DNA of 61,109 nucleotides from a bacterium (GCA_046727495.1 JBKPCS010000029.1:1-61109), one strand, 5' to 3'. Counted from the stretch's first letter, positions 19,366 to 28,196 are shown. Made by a program: numbers and translations. Notes: a model not told the origin generated them from the letters alone.

Positions 19366-20459
19366 CACACATACACCCGTTCCACTCGTTTCGTGATACG
19401 CGTCAGAATTTCCCAGGCAATTGTGCCAGCTCTCTCCGCGATTTCGGTTGCCAGAATTTCTTCATCGCCTTGACGGCCAATCAGTACAACCTCTTCGCCT
19501 TCGCTAACTCCATCAAGGTGGGTCACATCGGTCATGATCTGATCCATGGTAACTCGGCCCAGTACCCGGCAGCGGGTCCCTCGAATCAGTACATCAGCAT
19601 CGCGTCCCGACAACTGCAACGGAAGCCCATCCCCATATCCTGCGGAAAGCGTTGCCACCTTGGTGGGTCGGGCAGTGAGAAAGGTTCTTCCATAGCTGAT
19701 ATTTCGACCGGGACCCAGCGATCGCACAAGGCCGACTCGCGCCTTCAGAGTTAATGCTGGTTGCACTCTTTTCTGGAACTCTCCAATCGGCGAAACGCCA
19801 TAGACGGCTAACCCTGCCCGAACCAGGTCACCCGGTTTTGTCCAGTTCCCAAAACGAAGCACCCCGGCACTGTTCAGCACCGTTACGTTCTCGACTCCCA
19901 AGTCAGATGTCCCCTGCTTAAAACGCTCCAGCTGCGCGCGTGTGTATTCCGGATCAGTATCCGCAACTGGTAGATGAGACGAAAGCGCGGTCACTCGGAG
20001 TTGCGACATTCGGCGAATTGCTTGAAGCGCTTCAACTGCTTCGTCGAGCCAGAGACCAATTCGGCCCATTCCTGTGTCGATCACGAAATGAATCCCGAAT
20101 TGTTCCCCTGGCGGAACGTTCGCGGCGTACCCAGCGGCCTCCTCCAAGGTTGAAATCATTGGGACAAAACCGCTTTCCACGATTTTCCGTCGTTCGCTTG
20201 GCAGCGCAGGCCCAAGGATCAACACCTTTGCGCGAGCACCCGCTGCGCGTATCACGTTTGCTTCGGCCAAATTCGCGACTCCGAACAAATCAACGGCATC
20301 ATCCAGTCGCGGTGCGAGTTCGGCCAGACCGTGACCATAGGCGTCCGCCTTAACGATCATTACCAGTCTGACGCCGGCAGCAACCAGCGAACGGATAAAC
20401 CCAATGTTATGGCGAATCGCCTCAAGACTGATCTCAGCCCAGCAACGAGATGTAATCAT
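19365..20459 (-). CDS. alr: Alanine racemase
   Basis: 'ISLEAIRHNIGFIRSL...VMIVKADAYGHGL' (PLP-lysine motif) and a C-terminal 'GYGDG...VLGRVTMDQ'. The start was set at the ATG at 20459. Confidence 0.85.
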   Translation of the reverse strand: MITSRCWAEISLEAIRHNIGFIRSLVAAGVRLVMIVKADAYGHGLAELAPRLDDAVDLFGVANLAEANVIRAAGARAKVLILGPALPSERRKIVESGFVPMISTLEEAAGYAANVPPGEQFGIHFVIDTGMGRIGLWLDEAVEALQAIRRMSQLRVTALSSHLPVADTDPEYTRAQLERFKQGTSDLGVENVTVLNSAGVLRFGNWTKPGDLVRAGLAVYGVSPIGEFQKRVQPALTLKARVGLVRSLGPGRNISYGRTFLTARPTKVATLSAGYGDGLPLQLSGRDADVLIRGTRCRVLGRVTMDQIMTDVTHLDGVSEGEEVVLIGRQGDEEILATEIAERAGTIAWEILTRITKRVERVYV

Positions 20460-20547
20460 GCGTGTATGTGCGCCTCTTTGTACGAGAGGAGGGCACAAAA
20501 GGGCGGTTTCTGCATTTTAAAAGTAACACTCGCACTCACACTCGATT

Positions 20548-21000
20548 TCACGCTCCTTCTGAACGTTCGGACCAAAGCACAGCGGCGCAGGCCAACAAGA
20601 AAATATTACGCAGAAACGGCACCAGCGTCCCGGTAGCTTGGAACGTTTTACCGAAACAACCGCAGTCGATGCCGAGTCCACGGATCATCGCACTCGCCAG
20701 GGCGCACGTGAAAATCACCAGCAACAAAGTCAGGATCAGCAGTGCGCCGCGCTCAAGTCTCCCGACAAACAACATTGCGCCGGCAATCATCTCAAGCCAG
20801 GGCAGATACGTCGCCACGATTGCCCCGACCAACCAGGGAACCAGCTGATACCGCTGGATCTCAATTGCGAATCCGGCGGGGTCATAAGCTTTTGCCGCTC
20901 CGGCAACCACAAAAATGCCGGCCAGCACGACGCGCGTGGCGAGACGTAGCGTCGGTAGAAAGCGGTGCATCCGGCGTGAACTCATTTTCTGGCTTTCCAT
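20548..21000 (-). CDS. MauE/DoxX-family membrane protein
   Basis: 150 aa with four hydrophobic helices, 'LAGIFVVAGAAKAYDPAGFAIEIQRYQLVP' and 'GLGIDCGCFG', typical of MauE-type proteins. Confidence 0.7.
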   Translation of the reverse strand: MESQKMSSRRMHRFLPTLRLATRVVLAGIFVVAGAAKAYDPAGFAIEIQRYQLVPWLVGAIVATYLPWLEMIAGAMLFVGRLERGALLILTLLLVIFTCALASAMIRGLGIDCGCFGKTFQATGTLVPFLRNIFLLACAAVLWSERSEGA

Positions 21001-21395
21001 GCTTCCCAGCCTCCATGCAGCACGTACACAGACTCAATGCCGTTCTGTTCAAGTCGTTCCGCGACTTCGTGGCTTAATTGGCACGAGGTTGAGCTGCAGT
21101 AGACCACCACTTTCTTTCTTCGGTCCCAGCTGTCGAGGAAACGTGGGAATAACGTGTCCCATTCTTCCAGGTTTAATCTTATAGCATTCGGAACATGATC
21201 ATCCGCGTACTCCTTTTCCGTCCGGGCATCGACCCAGAGCACGGAGGAACCCCACCCGAGAATCGTTTCCAGACGTTCTTCACCCGGTGCAATTGGTTCC
21301 GACCAGGCGGGTCGATTCTGATGAAACGCCCCGGTTAACAAAGCGGGAATCAACGCTGCCAGCAGGATCAGCGCCGCCTGGCGTACAGCACTCAT
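20982..21395 (-). CDS. Rhodanese-domain protein (membrane-anchored or secreted)
   Basis: N-terminal signal/anchor 'AALILLAALIPALLTGA'. The rhodanese core is 'VLWVDARTEKEYADDHVPNAIRL...VVVYCSSTSCQLSHEVAERL'. Confidence 0.8.
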   Translation of the reverse strand: MSAVRQAALILLAALIPALLTGAFHQNRPAWSEPIAPGEERLETILGWGSSVLWVDARTEKEYADDHVPNAIRLNLEEWDTLFPRFLDSWDRRKKVVVYCSSTSCQLSHEVAERLEQNGIESVYVLHGGWEAWKARK

Positions 21396-22033
21396 TTGAT
21401 GCGCGCGTAAGCGAAGCGCACCTGAGGATTGTCAGTGGGGTAATCCGTTCGGATTATCAATGTCGCTGCAGCCGGATGCACAGTATCGGAAGGCGTGATG
21501 TGCACTTCATACGCTTTGCCATTTTTCAAAGGCGTAAGCTCCGCTTTGATCATCGGATTGTCCGATTCAACCGAAAGTATCTTTGCTGGAACATCGTCCG
21601 CTACCGTTAAATGAATGGTTTGAGCGTTCGGCTTATCGCCTACGTTCCAGATAACAAATTGCGGCTGCATTCTGACCGGCTCTTCGATGTCGACCAGGAG
21701 ACGTAGGATCGTCGGCTGCGGCGAACCAGCGATAGTTACAGCAATTCCTTTTTCCTGTTTCCCCGTCCTGCCTCCAAAATCGAATTTCGCGTCGATCTCT
21801 CCCGACTCGCCAGGCGCGTATTCAGTTTTTTTGAGACCTGCCGTGGTGCAGCCGCAGGAGGTCTTCACATTCTCGATCTTTACCGGCTCCTTCCCAGTGT
21901 TGGTAAATCGATACTTTGCAACCACCTGTTTTTCGTTCGCCTTAGCGTGGAATGTCTGTTCTTGAGTTTCCCATTTGAGGTCGGCCAGGACGGGCGTTGC
22001 GAAAAGAAGGAGCAGGAAGGGGAGAATTCTCAT
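21392..22033 (-). CDS. DUF1573 domain-containing protein
   Basis: Signal peptide 'MRILPFLLLLFATPVLA' and the hallmark 'YRFTNTGKEPVKIENVKTSCGCTTA'. Confidence 0.8.
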   Translation of the reverse strand: MRILPFLLLLFATPVLADLKWETQEQTFHAKANEKQVVAKYRFTNTGKEPVKIENVKTSCGCTTAGLKKTEYAPGESGEIDAKFDFGGRTGKQEKGIAVTIAGSPQPTILRLLVDIEEPVRMQPQFVIWNVGDKPNAQTIHLTVADDVPAKILSVESDNPMIKAELTPLKNGKAYEVHITPSDTVHPAAATLIIRTDYPTDNPQVRFAYARIK

Positions 22034-22083
22034 GACCTAGGCCCGAAAAATTAAACAGAAGATCGTAAAGGGCAAACGGATCA

Positions 22084-22157
22084 GAATTTCGAATCTCGAA
22101 GCTAGAATCTCGAATGTTCCTCTTCTCATATCATTCTAAATTCGAGATTCGAAATTC
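22084..22157. repeat. Perfect 17-bp inverted repeat (gaatttcgaatctcgaa ... ttcgagattcgaaattc) built from TCGAARC words
   Basis: The arms lie at 22084-22100 and 22141-22157, 40 nt apart. The left arm contains a 26-mer, tcgaatctcgaagctagaatctcgaa (22089-22114), identical to 18569-18594. Confidence 0.85.
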
Positions 22158-22209
22158 CTACCCACGCGGCAGAAGCAATCTGGCACAGCGAGGACAGCTC
22201 CTCCGAGCC

Positions 22210-22569
22210 TCACTTCTTCGTCTTTTTCCCTTCGTCAATCAGCTTCCAGAATCCGGCGTGTTCCTGGAGCTGTTCATCTTCAGCCATTGGCAGTTGAGAA
22301 CGAAAAAGAAAATCGCGGATCGTGTTTTTGTGCAGAACGCGGTGAACCAGGATTCCTTCGGGGCTGCGCTCGAAGTAAATTCGGTATTCTTTGGTGCGAT
22401 ACCGGTAAAGCCGTTTCCCTTCGCGAACGATCACTCCAAATGCTTTTGAGTCCAGTTGATCGAGGTCGTCCGGTAGAAATTGGAACTCAGCCAACAGCTC
22501 AAGCTGCAGCTCCTTCGGAATCCGCGCCATCTCCGCCGCGCTAATCTCGTTGAACACGATCTGGTACAT
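22210..22569 (-). CDS. RelE/ParE-family toxin-like protein with a C-terminal extension
   Basis: From the ATG at 22569: 'MYQIVFNEISAAEMARIPKELQLELLAEFQFLPDD...GKRLYRYRTKEYRIYFERSPEGILVHRVLHKN' follows the RelE/ParE pattern. About 30 extra acidic or basic residues lie at the C-terminus. The upstream part of the 176-aa ORF is read from repeat arrays. Confidence 0.6.
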   Translation of the reverse strand: MYQIVFNEISAAEMARIPKELQLELLAEFQFLPDDLDQLDSKAFGVIVREGKRLYRYRTKEYRIYFERSPEGILVHRVLHKNTIRDFLFRSQLPMAEDEQLQEHAGFWKLIDEGKKTKK

Positions 22570-22573
22570 GGAG

Positions 22574-22684
22574 CGAGTGCTGGTATTAGTGCTAGTGCTA
22601 GTTGACTTGCGCAATACCGGCACAAGACTAACACTAGCACCAGCACCAGCACTAGCACTCTTTCCTAGCACCAGCACTAGCACT
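22574..22684. repeat. Inverted GTGCTAGT / ACYAGC hexamer arrays
   Basis: gagtgctggtattagtgctagtgctagttg (22574-22604) faces ctaacactagcaccagcaccagcactagcactc...ctagcaccagcactagcac (22628-22684). They lie between the divergent RelE-like and aminotransferase genes. Confidence 0.8.
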
Positions 22685-22691
22685 TTTCCCC

Positions 22692-23843
22692 ATGATTTCT
22701 CTGATCGCGGACGAAGAGGCCCGTAAGAAGGCTTTTCCAATTACTCAAAACAAAATCTTTATGGCGCATGCCGCGGTCACAGCGCTTCCAAGGGTCGTCG
22801 CGGACGCTATCATTCAGTTTACTGAAAAAAGTGCAGCCAATTTCGAGGATTTTGCAGAGATCCGGAAAATGCTTCAACAGACGCGGGCGTCTGCCGCGCG
22901 ATTGATCGGCAGCGGCCCCGACGAAGTCGCGTTGATTGGACCGACTTCGCTCGGGCTGAGCCTGTTCGCAAATGGGATAGATTGGCAAAAGGATGACGAG
23001 GTAATCTGTTACTTGGACGATTACCCGGCCAATGTTTACCCCTGGCTCAATCTTCGGTCGCGCGGCGTTAATGTGCGTTTGCTCGAGCCTGCCGCTCCCG
23101 GCGTCATTACCCCTGAACTGGTAGCGGAGGCGGTCACACCAAAAACAAGATTGGTTGCGCTCGCGTCCTGTAACTTCCTGTCAGGGTACAGAATTGATAT
23201 CAATGCGATTGGACGGTTCCTGCGCGAAAGAGAAATCCTTTTCTCTTTGGATGCAATCCAAACCCTTGGCGCATTTCCAACAACCGTTGAATACGTCGAT
23301 TTTTTGAGCGCAGACGCTCACAAATGGATGCTTGGACCCCTTGCTATCGGCATCGTCTATGTCCGGCGTGAATGCTTTGATCTTTGCCGGCCGACGCTGT
23401 TGGGATCATGGAATGTGAAAGCGCCAGGGTTTGTTGCCCAAGACGAGATCGAATTCCAACCAACCGCGCAACGGTATGAACCGGGCGCCATGAATACGAT
23501 CGGTATCGCCGGAATGAAGGCCGGGATCGATCTACTGCTGGAGATCGGCATCGAGCGAATCGCGCAACGGATTCTATCTATCAGGGAACGACTGGTAAAC
23601 GGGTTAAAACATCTCGGTTTCGAGATCGTCGGGCAATCCACTGGATCGAGCACCTCCGGAATTGTTACCTTCTCGCATCCGCTAAAGAACCTGCCTGCAC
23701 TGTTCGAGCAATTGGGTCGCGCAGACATCGTGTGCTCTTTGCGGCAGGATCGCCAAGGGCGTCACTATCTCCGATTCAGCCCGCATTTCTACAATACCGA
23801 AGCAGAGGTCGATCGTGTGTTCGACGTGGTCGAGGGGAAGTGA
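22692..23843 (+). CDS. Class V aminotransferase-fold PLP enzyme (cysteine desulfurase/epimerase-like)
   Basis: 383 aa, with 'FLSADAHKWMLGP' containing the PLP-lysine context of class V enzymes. Confidence 0.8.
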   Translation: MISLIADEEARKKAFPITQNKIFMAHAAVTALPRVVADAIIQFTEKSAANFEDFAEIRKMLQQTRASAARLIGSGPDEVALIGPTSLGLSLFANGIDWQKDDEVICYLDDYPANVYPWLNLRSRGVNVRLLEPAAPGVITPELVAEAVTPKTRLVALASCNFLSGYRIDINAIGRFLREREILFSLDAIQTLGAFPTTVEYVDFLSADAHKWMLGPLAIGIVYVRRECFDLCRPTLLGSWNVKAPGFVAQDEIEFQPTAQRYEPGAMNTIGIAGMKAGIDLLLEIGIERIAQRILSIRERLVNGLKHLGFEIVGQSTGSSTSGIVTFSHPLKNLPALFEQLGRADIVCSLRQDRQGRHYLRFSPHFYNTEAEVDRVFDVVEGK

Positions 23844-24050
23844 GAGTGAGAAGTGAGAGGTGAGAGGGAGGTGAGAAGTGAGAGGTGAGAGGTGAGAAGT
23901 GAGAGGCAAGAAGACGTTGGAGTTAAACCGGCTTTAGAAGAGATCCTAATAATACCTCCGTTTACTCGATCTTATCGAAGCTTCACCTCTGGAACTCTCG
24001 CTCTCGACGTCCACCTTTCACTTCTCACTTCTCACCTCTCACCTCTCACG
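23839..24050. repeat. Inverted TGAGARG heptamer arrays between convergent genes
   Basis: About ten units of gtgagag/tgagaag/tgagagg lie at 23839-23906, and the reverse-complement array cacttctcacttctcacctctcacctctcac lies at 24014-24050, separated by ~105 nt. Each arm starts at or over the stop codon of the flanking gene. Confidence 0.85.
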
Positions 24051-24820
24051 CCGCGGCCCTCTATATCGATTGGTTCTCGGCAACCAGATTCACCTTCACC
24101 CCTTCCCGCGCTGCCGCCTGCTGTGAGCTGGCCGGGAATGTCGGTCTGTTCAACGTAGAGCGGCCGATTGTTAAACGTGTGGTAGTGAATCGGCACCAGC
24201 TGCGCGCCGTTGAGGACCCGCGTGGCAATCACCGCTTGATCAGGTAGCAAAGTTCCAGGAATCCCGGTTGATGGTACTCCGGGAAAAGCAAAGAGCACTC
24301 CGTTCACCGGCAGAAACACGGCATCGAACCGTCCGAATATCTGTGCCGTACGGTACCAGTAACCATGCCAAGTGCCGTCGCCCCCGTGAAAATAGGCATG
24401 ACCGTCGACTTCGACCACCCATGAGACCTGGTCGTCGCCACGCCAGTCAACCGCAGGAATTGCTGTGACTCGGAAAGCGCCAAATTTCTGGGTTTGCCAA
24501 TGATCGGCAGGTTCTACGGTAAGCCCGATTGCGTTCAATTCGGAGGCAATCGCGCGATGAGCCACCAGACGGCCGCCTTGATCATCAAGCCGCTTCAGCA
24601 GGCCTCTATCCGCGTGATCGTAATGCAGATGGGTAACAAGCGTGGTTGTCGTACCGTCGAAATCCGGGACCGGTTGAAATGGGTGCCGCGGCTTTCCGAG
24701 CAACGCTTCAAACGGCGCGGTGTTTTCCAGCGGATCAATCAGAACCCTTTCATGACCGTGGACAATCTCAACACCGGCCCAATTCAAACGACGGACCTGA
24801 GTTTGTTTAGATGTTTGCAT
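24032..24820 (-). CDS. MBL-fold metallo-hydrolase
   Basis: 'LVTHLHYDHAD' is the HxHxDH motif. The start was set at the ATG at 24820 (MQTSKQ). The C-terminal tail 'IDIEGRGVRGER' is read from the heptamer array. Confidence 0.75.
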   Translation of the reverse strand: MQTSKQTQVRRLNWAGVEIVHGHERVLIDPLENTAPFEALLGKPRHPFQPVPDFDGTTTTLVTHLHYDHADRGLLKRLDDQGGRLVAHRAIASELNAIGLTVEPADHWQTQKFGAFRVTAIPAVDWRGDDQVSWVVEVDGHAYFHGGDGTWHGYWYRTAQIFGRFDAVFLPVNGVLFAFPGVPSTGIPGTLLPDQAVIATRVLNGAQLVPIHYHTFNNRPLYVEQTDIPGQLTAGGSAGRGEGESGCREPIDIEGRGVRGER

Positions 24821-25541
24821 GGCGAAATCTAAACGTAACAGCTGCTGCAACAATTCGAACGCGTTGAATCCGCGGCGTTCGCGGCAGCGACCGCGGTCTC
24901 TGATCCGAATCGGCACAGAGTGTTTCACCAGCTATCATTGGTTACCTGCTGCGCTTAATTTGTGGAGACGAACCGATCCGAACATCGACGTGCAGATCAT
25001 TATGGAGGCGACGCAGCGGCCGGTTCCGGCGTTGCTCCAGGGTGAAGTGGACCTGGTTCTTGTGTATTCGCCGGAAAACCATCCGCAGCTCGCAGCGGCG
25101 CAACTGTTCCGGGATGAGCTTGTCCTGATTGTCCCCGCGGAACATCGACTAGCGTCGGCGACATTTGTGGAGCTGAAAGAGCTGGCGCAAGAACGATTGA
25201 TTCTGCACAGCTTGGCCGACGGGCGAAATCCGTTTCTCGATTCTACTCTCGCGGCTGAAGGAGTGGCTCCACGGGGGATCTGGAGAGTCCAACTGACAGA
25301 CGTCATCCTCGAACTGGTTCGCGCCGGCGAAGGAATCAGTGTGCTTGCCCGTTGGTTGGTCGAGCCGCACTTGAAACACCGCTCGCTTAAAATGGTGCGC
25401 CTGGGTAAACGAGGCGTTCATCGGACATGGCGTTTGCTGGCACGACGCGGAAGCGAATACGCGAAATCGTTGCCGATCTACGCGAAACAATTGGTCGAAG
25501 GCCTGAACCAAGGCCGGATGATCGACATCAAGAAGGCTTGA
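24819..25541 (+). pseudogene. LysR-family regulator lacking its N-terminal HTH domain (effector-binding domain only)
   Basis: 'LIRIGTECFTSYHWLPAALNLWRRTDPNIDVQIIMEATQRPVPALLQGEVDLVLV' is the start of a LysR/MetR-type substrate-binding domain. The ~85 aa winged-HTH that should precede it is absent, and the upstream DNA is occupied by the divergent MBL gene. Confidence 0.55.
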
Positions 25542-25549
25542 GGTGAATG

Positions 25550-25770
25550 AGCGCCTGGTCGGTTGCCCTTTCAGGGCACGCCGGTTCGCTTCCGATGACC
25601 CAGGGCTAAAGCCCTGGGCTACTTTCTATAGCCACTGCGTGGCGTCCGCTCCAACGGAGCGCAGGATTTTAGCCCAGGGCTTTAGCCCTGGGTTACCAGC
25701 GTCATTAAGAGACCGCTCTGAAAGAGCGACCGACCGAGCGCGCGCGCGGAGCCCTCGGACATCAATTGCA
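25550..25770. repeat. Cluster of REP-like hairpins (cccagggctNNagccctggg type)
   Basis: gccctttcagggc, cccagggctaaagccctggg, cccagggctttagccctggg and gaccgctctgaaagagcgaccgacc. ORF 25543-25830 is just a translation of these. Confidence 0.7.
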
Positions 25771-25783
25771 ACCGAGATTCGTT

Positions 25784-27028
25784 CTATCCGAAAACCGGCA
25801 ACAAATGGCGCTGAAACAGATTCTCGGTAACTCTGCGACCGATGATCTCCTCATTGGCCCTTAGCGCGTCTGTGAAACGTTCTCCCATCTCCGCAGCAAG
25901 CTTGAACCCGATATGCAATAGTTGGCGGAGGTGCGGATTATATTCCGGGCAAGACTCCACATGTCGTAACGCGCTGACGTAGTCGTTTGAAGACCAACCC
26001 ACCACTGTTTTCGGATCAGGGAGTTTGTTCTTATCAATATCAATCACCGTTTTGTACGGCTCGGCTAACTCGTCGAACCGTTCAAACGCTTGGATGTAAA
26101 TGTGTTTAGCGATCTCGAGCCCTTCGCCACCGGACTCCGCCAGGCCGCAAACTTCTTCCAGCCAGGTTGTTCCGGCAGTTTTCAGATGTAAACCAGCGCC
26201 TCGGGCTTTGATCAGCCGGTTTATAATCGGGTAAATCGAAAATTTATCGCTTCCGGAATGCACGCTGAGTTTCAGCGTCTTTGGTAAGTGAAACTCGCTG
26301 ACGGCAAAAGCGATCACACTGAGGTCCTCAGCCAATTCAGTTTCGAACTGAATCGGATCTCCGGCGTAATCGACCCCTTTGTTAAACCGTCCGGTGAATT
26401 TCGGAGCAATCATCTGCACCGGTATTTCTTTCAGGCCAATCATCGCAAGGATCAGCAATAACTCTACCGGGCTCTGGGCCGAATCGGTTTCATCAATGGA
26501 AATCTCAGCCGCGAAATTATCTCTTCCCCTTTTTGCTTCAATGTACCGGTAAATTCGCGCTGCCTCCTGCATCGCCACCAAGAACTTTCGGGCTGCAACC
26601 TCAAGATCGGCGTTACCGAGATCCAACTTTCGATCGATACCAGGAATAGAAAACTGCCCAGTATAGCGTCTGACCTTATCCATGAAGGCTTTGATAGCGT
26701 CGGGGTCGGCGGCCCGGCCGATGAAATCGGCGACGTCGATCGTGTAATAGTCGCTTGCTTGAACAAAAGCGTCGACATTCTTCAGATTGATATGATCAGC
26801 ATCGACGTAGTAGGGACGGTTCCAGCCGAGTTTTGCGACAGCGTGGTCCGCCTCGGCGCGAACATCGTTCGGCTTACTGTTGATCATCAGATGCTCACGA
26901 TTTGATTTGTTCCAGACTGGACAAACAGAGATGCCGGCCGCATGCGCTTGTACGAGCGCGCGTAGCTGGGCGATACCCTGGCAGGCAAACCGGTCTCCAA
27001 TACCGATTGTATATTTCTCAATCTTCAA
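25784..27028 (-). CDS. Putative tagaturonate/fructuronate epimerase-like protein (UxaE family, tentative)
   Basis: 414 aa with 'IGIGDRFACQGIAQLRAL...PVWNKSNREH...YYVDADHINLKNVDAF', recalled as UxaE-family-like. The neighbouring SDR fits a hexuronate context. The assignment is from memory only. Confidence 0.4.
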   Translation of the reverse strand: MKIEKYTIGIGDRFACQGIAQLRALVQAHAAGISVCPVWNKSNREHLMINSKPNDVRAEADHAVAKLGWNRPYYVDADHINLKNVDAFVQASDYYTIDVADFIGRAADPDAIKAFMDKVRRYTGQFSIPGIDRKLDLGNADLEVAARKFLVAMQEAARIYRYIEAKRGRDNFAAEISIDETDSAQSPVELLLILAMIGLKEIPVQMIAPKFTGRFNKGVDYAGDPIQFETELAEDLSVIAFAVSEFHLPKTLKLSVHSGSDKFSIYPIINRLIKARGAGLHLKTAGTTWLEEVCGLAESGGEGLEIAKHIYIQAFERFDELAEPYKTVIDIDKNKLPDPKTVVGWSSNDYVSALRHVESCPEYNPHLRQLLHIGFKLAAEMGERFTDALRANEEIIGRRVTENLFQRHLLPVFG

Positions 27029-27172
27029 GGTGCGTCGAATTTCTGGTCCCGCGCGGCGGAAAAATTGGCCTTACCGATCAGTCGATATTGGCGTATGCGG
27101 AGTTTGTCAACTCGCGCCTAATGGATGCGCGCAGCTACTTTTTTAGAGAGACCCTGAACCAAGTAGAAAAAA

Positions 27173-27979
27173 GTGAACCTATTTGATTTGACCGGCGAAG
27201 TTGCCGTCGTAGTCGGCGGCACGGGCGTACTCGGTGGAGCGATCGCAGAAGGCCTGGCGATGGCCGGAGCCAAGGTCGCAATACTCGGCCGGAACCAGCA
27301 GCGCGGAGAGACGCGTGTCCGGTCGATTAAGGAAAGCGGTGGAACGGCAGAATTTGTTATTACCGACGCGCTTGATCGGCAATCGCTTACGTCCGCGCGA
27401 GAAAACCTCACTCAGCGATTTGGTATTCCGACAATTCTGGTCAACGCCGCCGGTGGCAATGATCCCCGCGTCAATGTTACGCCCGAACACCCTTTCGAGA
27501 AGATCTCGGTGGAAGACTGGCGTGAAAGCTTCGATTTGAATCTCGTCGGCGGCGCGTTGTTACCCTGCCAGGCGTTCGGGCCGATGATGAAAGCAAATCG
27601 TAAGGGCTCCATTATTAACATCGTCAGTGTGTCAGGCCATCTCCCCCTATCTCGAGTTGTAGCCTATTCGGCCGCTAAAGCAGCCCTAATCAATCTTACA
27701 ATGTTTCTGGCCCGAGAATGGGCGCCAGACAGAATCCGCGTAAACTCGATAACCCCGGGTTTCTTTCCAGGTGAACAGAACCGGCGCTTACTGTTCAATG
27801 AAGATGGAACTGCTACACCGCGCGGCGAAGAAATCCTCAAGCACACGCCGATGCGGCGCTTCGGATTACCATCAGAGCTTGCCGGCGCTGCCATCTTTCT
27901 AGCAAGCGAACACGCTAGCGGGTTTGTTACCGGGATCGATCTTCGAGTAGACGGCGGGTTTTTGTCTCAGACGATTTAA
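27173..27979 (+). CDS. SDR-family oxidoreductase (UxuB/YjmF-like short-chain type)
   Basis: 'VAVVVGGTGVLGGAIAEGLAMAGAKVAILGR' (TGxxxGxG), 'NAAGGN' and 'YSAAKAA' (YxxxK). Confidence 0.85.
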   Translation: MNLFDLTGEVAVVVGGTGVLGGAIAEGLAMAGAKVAILGRNQQRGETRVRSIKESGGTAEFVITDALDRQSLTSARENLTQRFGIPTILVNAAGGNDPRVNVTPEHPFEKISVEDWRESFDLNLVGGALLPCQAFGPMMKANRKGSIINIVSVSGHLPLSRVVAYSAAKAALINLTMFLAREWAPDRIRVNSITPGFFPGEQNRRLLFNEDGTATPRGEEILKHTPMRRFGLPSELAGAAIFLASEHASGFVTGIDLRVDGGFLSQTI

Positions 27980-28062
27980 AGCGTGATTGCTGGAGGGCGA
28001 TGGAGGTTGGCACGCGCACGAGTCCGGCGGCCGCCGGATAAAGATCGAGTGGGGGAAGGTTC

Positions 28063-28078
28063 ACATGAACGTTCATGT
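28063..28078. promoter_or_regulatory. Perfect 16-bp palindrome acatgaacgttcatgt (LacI/cre-like operator candidate)
   Basis: Seen directly in the sequence, in the 217-nt spacer after the SDR gene. The central TGAACGTTCA resembles LacI-family half-site pairs. No LacI gene is in the window. Confidence 0.3.
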
Positions 28079-28196
28079 AACCAACCGTTTCTCGTATATT
28101 CCGGCCTCGATTGTCAGACCGGAATCGACCCCTGTCGCCTGCTAGCTCGATCGGTAGCAGACAAGACAAGCCCGAACAATCGGACTTCGCTCCACC

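Noticed and set aside
25543-25830. 95-aa ORF, and the similar 81-aa ORF at 49267-49512
   Set aside because: Both are translations of REP/MITE-like hairpin elements ('LKPWA', 'GFAPLTPGF' strings) and not protein genes.
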